Below, one piece after another: positions 1-16,639 of a stretch of 64,000 bases of DNA. Source of the stretch: the human T2T-CHM13v2.0 reference genome, Homo sapiens. The stretch's first letter is position 1. Each line of letters opens with the position of its first letter. The stretch is taken from NCBI RefSeq assembly GCF_009914755.1, contig NC_060930.1; one strand, given 5' to 3'. The notes beneath the pieces were generated by a model, which saw only the letters and a list, made by a program, of their open reading frames with translations, ran no database searches and was not told the origin of the DNA. The position numbers were made by a program, and so were the translations under genes.

Positions 1-2189
<2,189 letters not shown>

Positions 2190-3017
2190 CACTAGAAGAA
2201 TATTCTTTAATAAAAGTCTAGTATCCATCAAAAAAAAAAATCAAAAAAATTCAAATACAAGGAAATATTACCAATTTCTGTTTTTTTTTCCCTAATATAT
2301 ATCAATGAAAAATAGCAGGGCAGAACAGGGATTGTGGAGGCAAAAAGGAGAAGATATACTCACTTATTTTTCAGAGCAAGTCTGCTTACAAATGAACTAA
2401 ACATTTTGTGTCTATGAGTAGGAGACAGTAGAATGATGTAAATAAAAAGTGGCGTTTGCATTTTTCCCCTTAGCTTTTCTTATTTTCATGGGGGAAAAAG
2501 ACTCAGACTTATAAAGTTATAAAGTGAGTATGTGTATCAAGGAAAACATCCAATATGTAGAAAGAAATGAAACAATTCCACCTTGAGGCTCTATGGTTGC
2601 TATGTATTTTTTAATCACCCCACAAATGTTAATATCTGTCCTACCACTTTTGTTATTCTTGTTCTTTTCTAAATGGGTGAATAAGAATCTTTTCACGTTA
2701 ATAATGCCTTTAGTTACTATTTTTTTCAAAATTATATATTAAATATAAAGGAACTGTTTGTTCCAAAGTAGGCTTTCAGCAGAGTTAGAGAAGCCTAGCA
2801 CTTAAAACACTGACATGGTAGACACAGAGACTGCTGCCAATTCCACTCCTATCACCTACCCACCAATCCTCCCCTCTTTTCTATGCCTATGTCTTTGTCT
2901 GTGCAGTAATGTGACATGGCATTTGTTTCAGGACAGGTCTAGCCTCAGCCCAGAAAAATGTGAAATGGATTTAATGTTAACTCTTTGTGACCATCTTTCA
3001 GTTTTTTTCTCCTCTGG

Positions 3018-3072
3018 TCTGTCCAGTTTCTTCTGATCTATCCAGTATCTTCAGTCTATCCAGTATTTTCAG
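3018..3072. repeat. Three-copy 18-19 bp tandem repeat
   Basis: TCTGTCCAGTTTCTTCTGA / TCTATCCAGTATCTTCAG / TCTATCCAGTATTTTCAG. Confidence 0.8.
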
Positions 3073-3249
3073 CAGCTCCAACACTCTGAGTCTTATATTT
3101 AGTAGTTGTTTTTTCCTCTATGACTATAACTAATATCTTTATGCTTTTAAGCAATAAAATAACAAATTTCATAAACAAAATTGTCTACTAATATAAGTTA
3201 CTAATAAGGAATTATAATGTAATAATGATGCTGTTAATATTAATGATGT

Positions 3250-3480
3250 TAATTATACTAATTTACATTCATGGGGCCCTTACTAAGAGACAGGACCCTT
3301 GCATACATTGTCTTATTTAATCTTCAAAATAGTCCTAGGTGGGCAGTAATCATTGTTACAGGGTTCTAGGTAAACTAATTGAAGCTCTAAGAGGATAAAT
3401 AACTTTCTTAAGGTCTCATAACCACTAGATGGCAGAGCCTGGATTCAAATTCAGAATTATCGTTCTTCAAAGCCTGCATA
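3250..3480 (-). mobile_element. MIR SINE
   Basis: Core-like ...GAGGATAAATAACTTTCTTAAGGTCTCATAACCACTAGATGGCAGAGCCTGGATTCAAAT. Confidence 0.75.
3422..3435 (+). promoter_or_regulatory. CTCF core motif match inside a MIR
   Basis: CCACTAGATGGCAG matches CCASYAGRKGGCRS at all 14 positions; binding is not shown. Confidence 0.45.
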
Positions 3481-4532
3481 TTTATTTTAAATAGGAAGCT
3501 GACAAAGCAAATGGAAAAAGTCATACCTATCTAAAAGAATTAACCTACTGTTGTGTGAACTCTCCTTTCCTTCAGCTCTCAGTTTTGAGTTAGGCCAGTA
3601 AGACAAGGGTCAGTCATTTTATCTATGTATATTTAGTCTTAATGGAACAATTATATGGTGGTCCTTAAGCAGTTAGATTTTAGTTAAATCATGTAGTATA
3701 CAGAACATGTTGACATAAAAACAACTAACTTATCAGTAAGAATATTAATGTTATTTAAAAATATATAACCCAATTGGCTGCAGTAAAGTAAGACTGTAGC
3801 CATAATTTTATTTCAAAAATCAAAATAAAATTTTAAGTGGGCATGCTAGGTTACAAGACCATCAATAAGGGAACTCAGGATCATAGATTCCTTGCCATTT
3901 CCCATAAGTTTTATAAGGTAGCATGTAGTGTTTTGTTGATCTGATAAAACACAAAGCAATATTCTTTGTGTTTTTTAGAGGTCTCATTTGACAGCCTTTT
4001 AGTGTGCCCCGTTTGGAAGGGTGGGTCCCCTAAATCAGAACTGATTAATTTTTCTCTCTTAACATAATTTAGATGCTCAACAAATAGGTTGATTTGGTTT
4101 AAGGAAATCTAATGAAAATCCTAAGTTCTTAAATGGGTAAGTGATTTGTAGTTTACAATATTTCCTTTCTTCATAAAAAGCAATTGACCTTTTGGGCTCC
4201 GTTTAATGACTGTCAACTGATAGTGTTAAAGACGACTATGGAATAGAGCAAACAAAAGCTGTGCATAAAATGAATGCTCCTAAATTTGGATGATTGTGTA
4301 AATGTGAAAGTTATTGAAGGTGACTTATCTCTTAAAAGCTGTGATATGAAAATCAGCAAAAATCCAGCTAAGTCTGACAAATCTTGTAGGAATACCATTA
4401 AGCATTCGATGAACTAAAACGCTGTGGTTTTAGTGCAGTGAAAATTTACATGTTTCACACAGTCAGAATTAGCTCTCTTTTCTCCTGTCACATAAGCTTT
4501 GCCCAAATCTCTAGTTTAAAGGAATGGGGGAT

Positions 4533-4838
4533 GGCCAGGTGCAGTAGCTCACTCCTGTAATCCCAGCGCTCTGGGAGGCCGAGGCGGGTGGATTACCTGA
4601 GGTCAGGAGTTCGAGACCAGCCTGGCCAACCTGGTAAAACCCTGTCTCTCCTAAAAATACAAAAAATTAGCTGAGTGTGGTGGCGGGCGCCTGTAATGCA
4701 GGTTACTCAGGAGACTGGGGCAAGAGAATCGCTTGAACCCAGGAGGCGGAGGTTGCATTGAGCCAAAAATCACACCATTGCACTCCAGCCTAGGCAGCAA
4801 GAGTGAAGCTCCATCTCAAAACAAATAAATAAATAAAT
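4533..4838 (+). mobile_element. Alu (AluSq/Sp-like)
   Basis: Full dimer, (TAAA)n tail, TSD AGGAATGGGGG at 4520-4530 and 4839-4849; GCAGCAAGAGTGA resembles the Sq/Sp diagnostic. Confidence 0.95.
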
Positions 4839-6149
4839 AGGAATGGGGGTAATCATTACTATGATGCAAGCTTTCCTATGTTGAAGACAGAGGTACACCA
4901 GTGCCATAATGGAGTGAGATCAGTAGCAGCAAGGGCAGAAATTTCCAAAAGACTAATAGCAATTAAATAGTAGTGATAGCAGAAGAATTTACCATGTCTG
5001 TATTCTAAAGCAGACATGGTTTTAGGAATAATCTAAGTATTCTTTATTTAATACTTTCCATAATATTGAACTCTGAGACTCTGGGAAATTATGATCACAA
5101 ATTAAGTAGTGGAATAGGTTGAAATCCTGTTATTCTGTCTCTGTGGGATAAAGAAGAATCACAATAGCGATAACCACACAGAAATTTTTGTTTTAACAGA
5201 TTTTAGTGATAGATAATAAAATCTTAACACATGTTAATGCATTTAGTCATATAGTCATTGTAAAGACAACTAATAACCATATTCAGATATGTACGATTAG
5301 AGACCAACAATGAATCTTTTGAAAACTAATGTATAGATTATTGTTTTAATTTTAACCTTTATTGACCCGTTATTGAATTGCAATCTTGTATATGATTTTG
5401 TAGTTTTTTGTTCTTAAACGTCAATCCACTTAATCAGCTCTTTAAATAGTATTTGATATCTCACAAAGCCAGTTGAGCAAAACCTATTCATTGTGAAAGC
5501 ATTCAATGTATTTATCAATTGCATTTGAAATTCTTATTCCCAAAGTTGTGAATCACAATTTTATGTCCCATGTGTGTCTCATCTTATGCCTACCTTAATG
5601 ATTAGGGCTTGCCATTTGTCCACATTCTGCACTACCTGTAATTACTTTGCCTCTTTTAAAAATTCTATTCTTTTCTTTCTTTCGTATTTTCCATCTGCCT
5701 TCTTTGATTCAGAAGTCTCTTTTAGTTGAAGACTCAATTTGATTTTATTTTTAAATGTTCATCACTGTTCTATATAGTTTCTCAGAACTATTTCTCCAGT
5801 TTCAGTCCTTATCACTAGATGTAGACTATGCAATATATATTAGTTCTTAACATAATATCTGATACAGTTAATTCAGAATCTACAGTGTTATACAAATTTA
5901 TTATTGTCTGTTTAAAGTTCAGAGTAGGTGATGCATTTAGTGTTAGAAATTCCAAAATTAATTATGAAAAATATTAAGTAAATATGCATTCAGAAATGCA
6001 TGCAATTATTATAGTCACTGCATATCTACTATATATTGTGTCAATATTTTTAGATTAACATTTGTCATTTTTACATGATCATTGGATTTGTCTGGAGGGA
6101 ACGTCATTCTCAGGGAAGCCTATGAAAACATTGCCCCTCCATAGTAAAT

Positions 6150-6350
6150 AGCTGCTATCTGCCGAACATTTTACTTAAGTAATGGATAGTTAACTTATAT
6201 TGTTTCTAATGCTCACAACAACACTGTCAAGCAGATATTTTTGGTGCCATTTTGCAGCAGAATCATAGAGGTTATTCTGTCAATATCTGTGCCAGGATTT
6301 TAACTGAGACCTGCCTAATTCCAAAGCCTATGATTTTTTCTACACTAGGC
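6150..6350 (-). mobile_element. Degenerate MIR fragment
   Basis: CTCACAACAACACTG...GCCAGGATTTTAACTGAGACCTGCCTAATTCCAAAGCC pattern. Confidence 0.55.
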
Positions 6351-7107
6351 TGGAAAAAAAAATCTCAGAAGGGGTAAAATAACTGTTTCACGAGAAAACC
6401 AGGGTATAAAGGGCTTCTGAATCCCCTGAAATCACCGTGCATGGGGCTGGCCATTCAATAATGCAGACAATACATCATAATGTAGAATGCGCATTGGTAG
6501 GCAGCTGGGCTCCATAAATGTTCAAATCATTAAAAGAAGACACATGTAATATTCATCAACAGTTTCACTTCAGTCTTGATTTGATTGCTTCATTCATGAC
6601 AGATGTAAAGTCACAATAGCACGTTCAGTCATCCTTTAAAAGAGCATGCTCCCACATTATTTAAATAGAGTCCATTTTTTTACAACTTTAATTTGTGGCA
6701 AAGTTTTCAGTTTCACACTTACAAACAAGTGTGAACCTGAAATCGCTTTTTCTATTAAATTTTATTTGAAAATTTTATTTGAAAATTTCACAGTAAGCAA
6801 TTTCTGATAACTTACATCTACTTCTGGGTTGATGGTCACCAATAGCAAGGTAAACCTTGGCAAAATTATCATCATTTAGGATTACTGATGTGAGGAAACA
6901 TACAGATTAACAAAAATCATTATATGTTAGTATGCATTAGGCACTCATTTTAACCTTTTAAATTTTTTATGGCTTTTACTCTTCTTAACCTAAAACAAAA
7001 AGCATAATTATTGTCATTGTTGAGTGGCTAGTAAAGGTAATAATAATAAAAAATAATAATAAAATAATAAAAATGAATAAAAATGAAATTATAAAAGGAA
7101 TGCTCAT

Positions 7108-7353
7108 AGTAGTAGTATTCAAAATATGGACCTCAATCAAATACATGGGAGCTTGTTAGATAGATATTTAGGCCCCACCCAGACCTTCTGAATCAGAATC
7201 TCTGCAAAATTAGAATTTCTTCAGGTAATTCTGAAGCATGCTAAAGGTAGAGCACTGCTATTTAATATGTGGTCCTCAGACTGGTAGCATCAGCATCACC
7301 TGAGTACAGAACTTTGGACCACACCCAAGGTCTATTGAAGCAGATATTATACT
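7108..7353. mobile_element. MER5-type hAT-Charlie MITE fragments (two adjacent)
   Basis: GGGAGCTTGTTAGA...GGCCCCACCCAGACCTTCTGAATCAGAATCTCTG and CAGCATCACCTG motifs typical of MER5A/B. Confidence 0.7.
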
Positions 7354-7712
7354 TTCTTTTTCTTTTCTGTTTTCTTTCCTTCCTTCCCTCCCTCCCTCCC
7401 TCCCTTCCTCTTTCTTTCTCTCTTTCTTTCTTTTTTGGATGGAGTCTCGCTTTGTTGCCCAGGATGGAGTGTAGTGGCACAATCTCGGCTCACTGCAATC
7501 TCCACTCCTGGGTTCAAGTGAGTCTCCTGCCTTAGACTCCTGAGTAGCTGGGATTAAAGGCCCGTGCCACCATGCCCAGCTAATTTTTTTTTGTATTTTT
7601 AGTAGAGACGGGGTTTTGCCATGTTGGCTAGGCTGGTCTCGAACTCCTGACCTCTGATGATCCACCTGCCTCGGGCTCCCAAAGTGCTAGCATTACAGGC
7701 ATGAGCCACCAC
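7354..7712 (-). mobile_element. Alu (AluS) with a (CCCT/CTTT)n-expanded tail
   Basis: Reverse-complement Alu dimer preceded by a polypyrimidine tail. Confidence 0.95.
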
Positions 7713-7748
7713 GAGAAATTCTATTTTCTAAGATGCCCAGATTAAGAG

Positions 7749-7802
7749 TACACACATACACATACACACACACACATACACACACACACATACACACACA
7801 CA
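7749..7802. repeat. Interrupted (CA)n microsatellite
   Basis: Direct reading of the sequence. Confidence 0.95.
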
Positions 7803-8969
7803 ATAAAGACCTAGATAAAATTTCACGAGACAACTTACTCTAATATATTTCATACATCTGTCTTCTGTCCTAAATTTGTTGGGGTTCATCTACCCTGAAC
7901 AAAAATGATTCTCTGAGTTCAGTGGTTTTAATTCTAATTTTCCCATTCCATATTTGGAAAATGAAACCCAGGGAGAAATTAAAATAGGAATCCACTGATG
8001 AGATAAGCCTATTAGCCATGGTTCCTTTATTATCCCTAGATGGTGTGGAAGAATTCATAACAGCTCTTGCAGTGTTAATTTACAATATCTTCTCCACTGG
8101 CCTTACCAAATACTAAACTATCTATTTTTTATTTTGCATTTAAACATTGAAGCATTTTGTCAATATGCAGCTAGGGGATCCATCGGCCAGTATTGAGAGG
8201 TATTAAGATGAGAGAATATTAAGATAATAAGCTGTGGTGAAATAACTACTGGTTATGAGCCATAGACCTGGTATTCAGTCCTGGACTAACTATGTATTAA
8301 TTATAATTTTTGATAGCTCATTGACTACTCTCAGGCAAAATGAGAAAAATCAAATTAATAATTTATAAATGGTCTTGACATCTTAATCAATGATTGGATA
8401 ATCACTTTAGTTACTTAGGTAGCCAAAATGGGGGTACCAAACAGGTTTGCTGTGATAGGGCAGAAAGGGTCAGGACAGGACAGGTTTAGCATAAAACGTC
8501 ATGGGGAATACACTGTGCAAGCAGATACACAGGAATGTCACCAACTCCCCTTCCCTAGCATGGGAATGGGTCTCAGTGAGGCCACCAAGGCAAGATCCTT
8601 TCATGAACACTTCTCTGTAAGCACTAGTTTTTGCACGAACATATTATCAGTATATCATGTTATCATGTATCATGGTCTTGTTTGAATTTTAGGAATGTCT
8701 GTGCTCTCCACTCACTATGATTTCTGGCTCCCTCTGTGGAATTCTTTTTATTCTCTTTTACTATCTGGGGCTGTGTTGGGCACAGGCAGTGCTGGGGATG
8801 CCACTGACAGCAGCTATCCCCAGGCACAACAGACTTCCCTGGCATGCTTCGCTTGATAAAAATAGTTTTTGGCACTAGTATAAAACCTTTCATCTTTGAG
8901 TCTTAAATTATTTTAAAAGCATTAATTCTTGCAGGATTCCTGCAAGGCACATATTTTAGAGTCACAGAT

Positions 8970-9085
8970 TTATAGAGACTTGAAGATAAAAGGAACTTCA
9001 GAGATCATCTACTTCAAACCCCTTCATTTTTCAGGTGAAGAATTGAAATCCCCAAAAGGTGAAGTGACTTGCCCAAGCAGTTCTC
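8970..9085 (-). mobile_element. MIR-family (MIR3/MIRc) fragment
   Basis: AAAGGAACTTCAGAGATCATCTACTTCAAACCCCTTCATTTTTCAGGTGAAGAATTGA...GTGACTTGCCCAAG. Confidence 0.7.
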
Positions 9086-10614
9086 TTTTTAAAAATGTGA
9101 ATTCAGGACAGTTAGGTGAATCACTCCAAGCCATAGAATGCATTTTAAAGTATTATAGAAATTAAACTTTTTAAATTTTATTTCCTAACTTTGGGGGAAA
9201 GTTAACTGTTTTTTCTTTTTTTGCAAGCAGGACAAAGGTATTGGGGACTATGCAGAGGTGGATTTGTAAAATGATGTGTTAATAATGGGTGATAATTTAA
9301 AATAGATCAAAGTAGTATACCATTAAACAGAAGAAATAATATTGCTTCTCCTCATGTAATTTCAAGGTATAGGATGGGAGAAATTGCTGGAAAAGAATTT
9401 TTATTAAATCTGACAACCTCCCTGCCCACTTTTAATCTTTAATCACCTCTTACTACATTGTCACCCCTTTTCCCCACCTTCATATATTAATTAACTATAA
9501 CTTTAAAGGAAGAAAAAAATGGCGAGGAAAAGAAGGAAATTGACTATAAAGAAACCTACTGGTCCATGAATAGGGATGATGGGAAGGTCACCATGGAAGC
9601 TTTTACATCTCCTTTGAGAAGGGAGAATTACACTGAAGCTGCTGAAATAATATTTATTGACCATCCCATGAGGGCAAGGCATTTTCACAGATTCAAAGCT
9701 GTCATTTGAGAGCTTGCAAGAAACAAGAAAATAGTCTTATGCAAACTTCATCCTACCACGAAATTAATGACATAAAATGTGTAATAGGGGTGCATATGAA
9801 TTGTTATGGGAACACATAGAAAAGAGGCATAGATTTAAAATGGATGTATTTCAGAAGATTTAGACGAAATTCAAAGTGATTCTAGAAAAAATGGTTGGTA
9901 AAAATCGGACTGAAAGAGAAAGGGCGTTTCAGATAAAAAGGAATGTATTCTACCAGTAGCATCCTATTCTTTCTTTCTCTGAAAAATAAAGGCACAAAAA
10001 AGAAAGTTACAGGGATGAATGACAGTATTATGGCACAACCAGAGGACTAATTTGTGAAGAAATAATGCGAGGAAATGAAGATATGAATCACGAGTGGTAA
10101 CGATGAGAAGAATCCACTTGAGGGAACTTGTTTGGAGAATTTTGGGATAATTTTCTGCTGGGTTGATAGATAAGGGGAAGAAAGAGGATACAGGGTTACA
10201 TTACAGATAAAATGAAGAAACATTGAGATCAATTAGAAAATAAGGAAGTCTGCAAAGGCCCCACTGAATGCTGTGTAATACAATCAACTGAGAGCAGCAC
10301 TGACAGAACATTAGAAGATATATGGATTTGACCGAGTCAAGAAATAACTTTCCCTCTGTAAATACTTGAGGATAGCTTTTCAAATCCTTCCTTTCCAAGA
10401 TATGTGATTGAATAAAGAAGATTATATCTCAAAGGACAATACAATGAAAGAAATGTGACTGATGGCCTAAGAATATAAGGAAGAGTTGGGGTAACATGAT
10501 AAATGTGAGTAAATATAATGATATTTTAAGATAACAGATAAATATGGTTTCTCTTCCTTGAAATCTCAGCAGGTTAGAGGAAGAAGTGACTTTAAGGATT
10601 ATTGTTGATATGTG

Positions 10615-10960
10615 TAACAGAATATATGAGTCTCAAAATAATTAAATTGAGTGAAAAATGGCAAACCAAACAATAAGAGTACATACTGTATGATTCTACT
10701 TATGTAAAACTCTAGAAAAAGCAAAATAATAGGTAGAGAGAGAAAATACTTCAATGCAAGCACTGTCATTTTGGGGACAGGGTAGTATAGATTATAAAGA
10801 TGTAGGACAGATTATAAATGGACATGAGAAAATTTTCGGGGATTGTGGACATGTTCATTATCTTGATGTGTTGATAGTTTCATAGAGGTATATATGTGTC
10901 AAAACTTACCAAATTGTGTACTTTATACGTGTCTGTTTCCTTACTGCCAATTATAAAGTA
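10615..10960 (+). mobile_element. Old L1M (L1ME/MC-like) 3' UTR fragment
   Basis: GAGTACATACTGTATGATTCTACTTATGTAAAACTCTAGAAAA...ATGTTCATTATCTTGAT...GTCAAAACTTACCAAATTGTG. Confidence 0.75.
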
Positions 10961-11172
10961 TAATTTCACATGTATACAGTGTACCTAAAGTTTTTTAAAG
11001 AAATAATATGTATAAATGAAAATCCATTTACACTAAAAATGTATAGTTGTCTTGGCAAATATTTCCTTGGATTGCACCTACGAAGATATACCTGTCTGAC
11101 ATAGGATATCTCTTCTCCTTGTGGAACAGGAAAACTTATTCCATAGTGATCTTCTTTTAAAAAAGAAATATA

Positions 11173-11520
11173 GGTCAGGCGCTGTGGCTCACGCCTGTAA
11201 TCCCAGCACTTTGGGAAGCCAAGGCGGGCGGATCTTGAGGTCAGGAGATCGAAACCACTCTGGCTAACACGGTGAAACCCCGTCTCTACTAAAAATACAA
11301 AAAAAATTAACCGGGTGTGGCGTGGCGGGGGGTGACTGTAGTCCCAGTTATTCGGGAGGCTGAGGCAGGAGAATGGCTGAACCCGGGAGGCAGAGCTTGC
11401 ACTGAGCCAAGATTGCGCCACTGCACTCCAGCCTAGGCTACAGAGCAAGACTCCGTCTCAAAAACAAACAAACAAAAACAAAAACAAACAAACAAAAGGA
11501 ACCAAAAAAAAAAAAAAACA
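11173..11520 (+). mobile_element. AluY
   Basis: GAGATCGA..., GGCTAACACGGTG, GAATGGC and GAGCTTGC diagnostics; long A-rich tail; AAATATA flanks. Confidence 0.95.
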
Positions 11521-11749
11521 AATATAACTGTTGTGTTTCTATGAAACGAAGATGTGAGTGAAATTCATTGGTAGAGAGCAAAAGGCAGTGCATCAGTTGT
11601 CAGGATGCCTGCTCTCTGATGTCAGCTAGGGCTTTGATTTACTCTGTGATTTTGGAACCTAACCTCATATTATCATCTAAATAATGAGAATTAAAACATT
11701 TATGCCACACCTCACACATTTAAAAAAAAAGACAAATTTACTTGGACAT

Positions 11750-12550
<801 letters not shown>

Positions 12551-13089
12551 AGAATTCTTTTGCATTGAAGTATATAATCAATACAAAACTAGAATAAATA
12601 TATATTGCATTAGACAAGTAAGAATTAATACACTAGAATAATCAATGTAAAAAGAATGCATTGATTATTTGACTGTTTCAACTGAAAATTTTGTAGTTAT
12701 ATACACAAATATTGATATAGGAATAAAACCAAAAATGACCATAATTTTATTTCTTGTTAAAATAATTTTTGCAATGTAAATCTAGGTAAACTTATGACAA
12801 ACAGTTAAGTAATAATTATATTTCTTTGTTACTTAATTTAAACATTTAATATTAACGTATTACCATAGATCAAAAACTCTTTTCTTAGAAAACTATTGAC
12901 TAAATTTAGCTTCCACTTAGAGAATAAAAGCTTATAAAATTTAAATGTGCTTGAGAAAGACAAGCATAATTTAAAAAATAATGGTTATTAATAGTTTTAA
13001 TTTAAAATATAACAAAGAAATACAAAAATAATTAACAGATCTTTTTATTGTTAAGATGTGGAAATTCATCTTGTATATGACAGATATAA

Positions 13090-13270
13090 TGCTTAACAGT
13101 TTTATGTCACTTAGTTTAATCCTTATGAAAATCTCCTAAAAGAGGCATCATTATCCCATCTGAAAGACAAGGAAATTGAAACTCAAGAAGTGTAGATCAT
13201 ACCACAGATAAATTATAGATTTGGAATTTAAATGCAAATCTAAAGAATTCCAAGTAGCATGCTCATTTTT
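13090..13270 (-). mobile_element. MIR fragment
   Basis: TTTAATCCTTATGAAAATCTCC...ATTATCCCATCTGAAAGACAAGGAAATTGAAACTCA. Confidence 0.6.
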
Positions 13271-14026
13271 TTTACAATTAATAAATCACTAAGAACAGTC
13301 AATAATAGAGTAAGAAATATTTCGGGGTGTTATCCAACCTGCCTCTATAAAGTTCACTTTGGGTCTTTGAATTATTTAAATCAGCAAGGTTTCACTGACC
13401 AATTACTCTATGTCTAGCATCTTAGAAATAAGAAGGACAAAGCCCCTGTCTTCTGAGGACTTATAATATAGACAAGAAGATAGGCCCTTATTAGGAAGCT
13501 ATTATAAGAACAAACAGAGAGATATAGTACAGTTTAGGTTTGCTGTAGGAAGAAAAAAATCAAAGCCATCATAAATACAGAAGTTAAGTTCAGTCCATCT
13601 GCAAATAGTAACAGCTCACCTTTCTGAATATATGTGAAATAGGATGAGTCTGGCCAAGCCTTGCAGCAAGAATGAGAGGGTACAGGTGTCCCTTAACATC
13701 AATTTCAGAAAGAGAAGGTAGTAGAAAGCAGAGACTAGGTCGCTTCCATCAGTTAAGTTCTTGATTAGTAGTTGAGTTCCTGTACATCACCTACCTGTCA
13801 GGTCTCACGGCCTCAGTAAGAAGGGCCCATATCCCTTTTTAGTGTTGCCAGCCACAATCACCCAAACTGGCATTCCTGGACATCAGGAAAAGCCCAGGAG
13901 CAAAAAACCCCTGAAGATACCTTCAAGCATCATTAATGTCATGGTTTCCCAACACAAAACAACTGCAACAAGGAGAACTGAAGTTCCGATGCAAGGTGCA
14001 AAGTAGCAAACACAGGAGTTACTTGA

Positions 14027-14408
<382 letters not shown>

Positions 14409-16109
14409 TGGAGTTTCATGATTATGAAATTGATGTTTTTCTTGCCATGATTATGCTTATGTTTGGTAATATCTATTACCGCTTAGTGCTTGCAGAAAGA
14501 GACTAATCTTAACAAAAATATTTTCTTGGTCTTGTTAACTCCAGAGATGTCCCCATCCTGTTTGAGTAGCTATGGGTAAAAGGAGATTCAAATAATGGAA
14601 ATAAGAATTATCATCAAATATAAGCTATAATTAAAAATTGAAAGTAAAATTAAGTATTATACCAAAAAAGGGGCCATTTGAAATTGCTCCATACACAGCA
14701 TATTGTATCTTAATTTTTTTTTGAAGACTTAAGTACCTAGACACAGATTCCTTAAAATGACAAGCTCAGAACCTCTACAGTAATTTGTTTCATATTAAAT
14801 AACATTTCAGCTATTTTTGTCTGGAATTGCTATGACAAAGAAGCTTATTTATCTTCCTTTCATTTGAGAAGCTGCTTCCTTCCTGGCAGTAATGAGGTTG
14901 GCAGAGCTGGTGTGGACCTGATCCAGATTACTAATGCACACTTGGAGAGGGCTTTTCAAACTGCAGCATCTCCAAATAGTGGTCGCCAGCCTGCACAATT
15001 CCAGCCCTTAAAGGGATACCTGCTTCCAGGGCCAGCAGTTGCTAGCGTGCTGGACAGGTGGTAACGGGCCTTGAAGAAGCAGGCCATCTAGCCACTTTAG
15101 GAATTTCTGTTCTAGAACTTGGTATCATTGCTGTTTGCACTTCCTGCCTCACAGAAGATACTCAAATCTGCTTGCTTCTTTTGTCCTCCATAAGCTGGGT
15201 ACAGGATATTAATTCCACAGGATAACAGCAACATGAGAGACGCAGATGAGAGACAGGCTAGCTGAAAAGGAAAGCCTTTGAAATGGAAATATAGAATATA
15301 AATCCTAGGAATATTCTCTGATTATTTCAGAATCCAGGAAAAAACTTACCTTCAGCCATATTTTTCTCGTGATCCTACAAGCAATGTACTTGTGGATTTG
15401 TAGCAATGGGGAAATAATTACGATATGAGGTTTAGAATGCAGCATCTATAGGGTCAGTCTGTCACTGCCTCACTGCATGTCTGAAGCAAACTCCTTGGCC
15501 TCCCTGAGCTTCTAGGCTATGCTGTGAATGGAGCTTTCTGAATTAGGTGTTTTGATGCAGAAGTTAAAACTGAATTTGTTTATGCAGAGATTTAATGAAC
15601 ACCAGAATTTTTAGGTGCATGTTTACTATGCAAACAAATGTCTACCGTAAGTAGATTTTCTGCAGATAACCTCATTGGAAATTCCCCATAAGCAATTTCA
15701 GTTACTGGCCATATTAATGAAACTGAACACCACATGCTGGGTTGATAATTTTCCACAGCATGGCAAATCCAGAAAACATTACTATTATTGAAATGTAACA
15801 GGACAGGAAGAGTATAGTGAAAGCAAATAATTACTGGCACATATCTCATAAAATTGAAAACAATATGAACCTGTTACAATTCAGGTGATATCAACATGGT
15901 AGGTGGATGTGAGTGGATGTGCATAAGGAGATGTGAAACAAGTTGAAGTTTCTGTTGCATTTGGAACTGCATCTAGATACTTAAACCAATCAAGATATAT
16001 GTAGAAAAATAGGTATATCTTCAAATATGTATTAAATTTTAATGTAAGTCACTAAGATAATGAATATGGATTGTAAAATGTCTAAACAGTAGAGTAAACA
16101 AGATTGACC

Positions 16110-16628
16110 CAGAATCAATGAGGCCTCCTGAAAATGTGATGTCGTCCCTTGCAATATAATTCCTTCCCTTATTCTCCCATTAACAGAACCTCTCTTTTCA
16201 GTCATGATGACTCAATTCCCAAGCAACAGTAACTGTTCTAACGTGATCAAAACCAAGTTCATCTGAATCCTTTCCTGCAATTTTGTTTTACTGAGGAAAA
16301 AATGAAAAGAACTCTTTCATCCCACAGGATTTAGAATTATAAGAATATGAGCCTAAAGCCATCACTATTCAAGTAGGAGCTGCAAGAATAAGAAGCCTGA
16401 GAAAATGATGACAATAAAGAGAGGAAGATAAGCTTGGCGACAGGAAGGTGGAGAGATTACTCTGATGCTATTTAAGCCCTGATATTCTGTCGACACGGAG
16501 GGTCACTTTCCTCTCATTGTTCTGTGTGTTTCTTGCTTCAGCCTTCACATAAACACATATACATTTTTTTCTTATATTATTTTGAGTCGTGCATCTACCA
16601 CTTGGGATAGAGAATCCTGACCAAAACC
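16110..16628 (+). mobile_element. Old MaLR/ERVL-type solo LTR (MLT1J/K-like)
   Basis: 3' end CCACTTGGGATAGAGAATCCTGACCAAAAC resembles the MLT1 LTR terminus; subfamily uncertain. Confidence 0.45.
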
Positions 16629-16639
16629 TCAAGAGAACA

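Noticed and set aside
10966-11448. 160-aa ORF and similar ORFs at 686, 7262-7665, 12274-12534, 31131-31547, 38014, 39888-40230 and 56550
   Set aside because: These are translations of Alu sequence (e.g. PKCWDYR, LECSG motifs), not genes.
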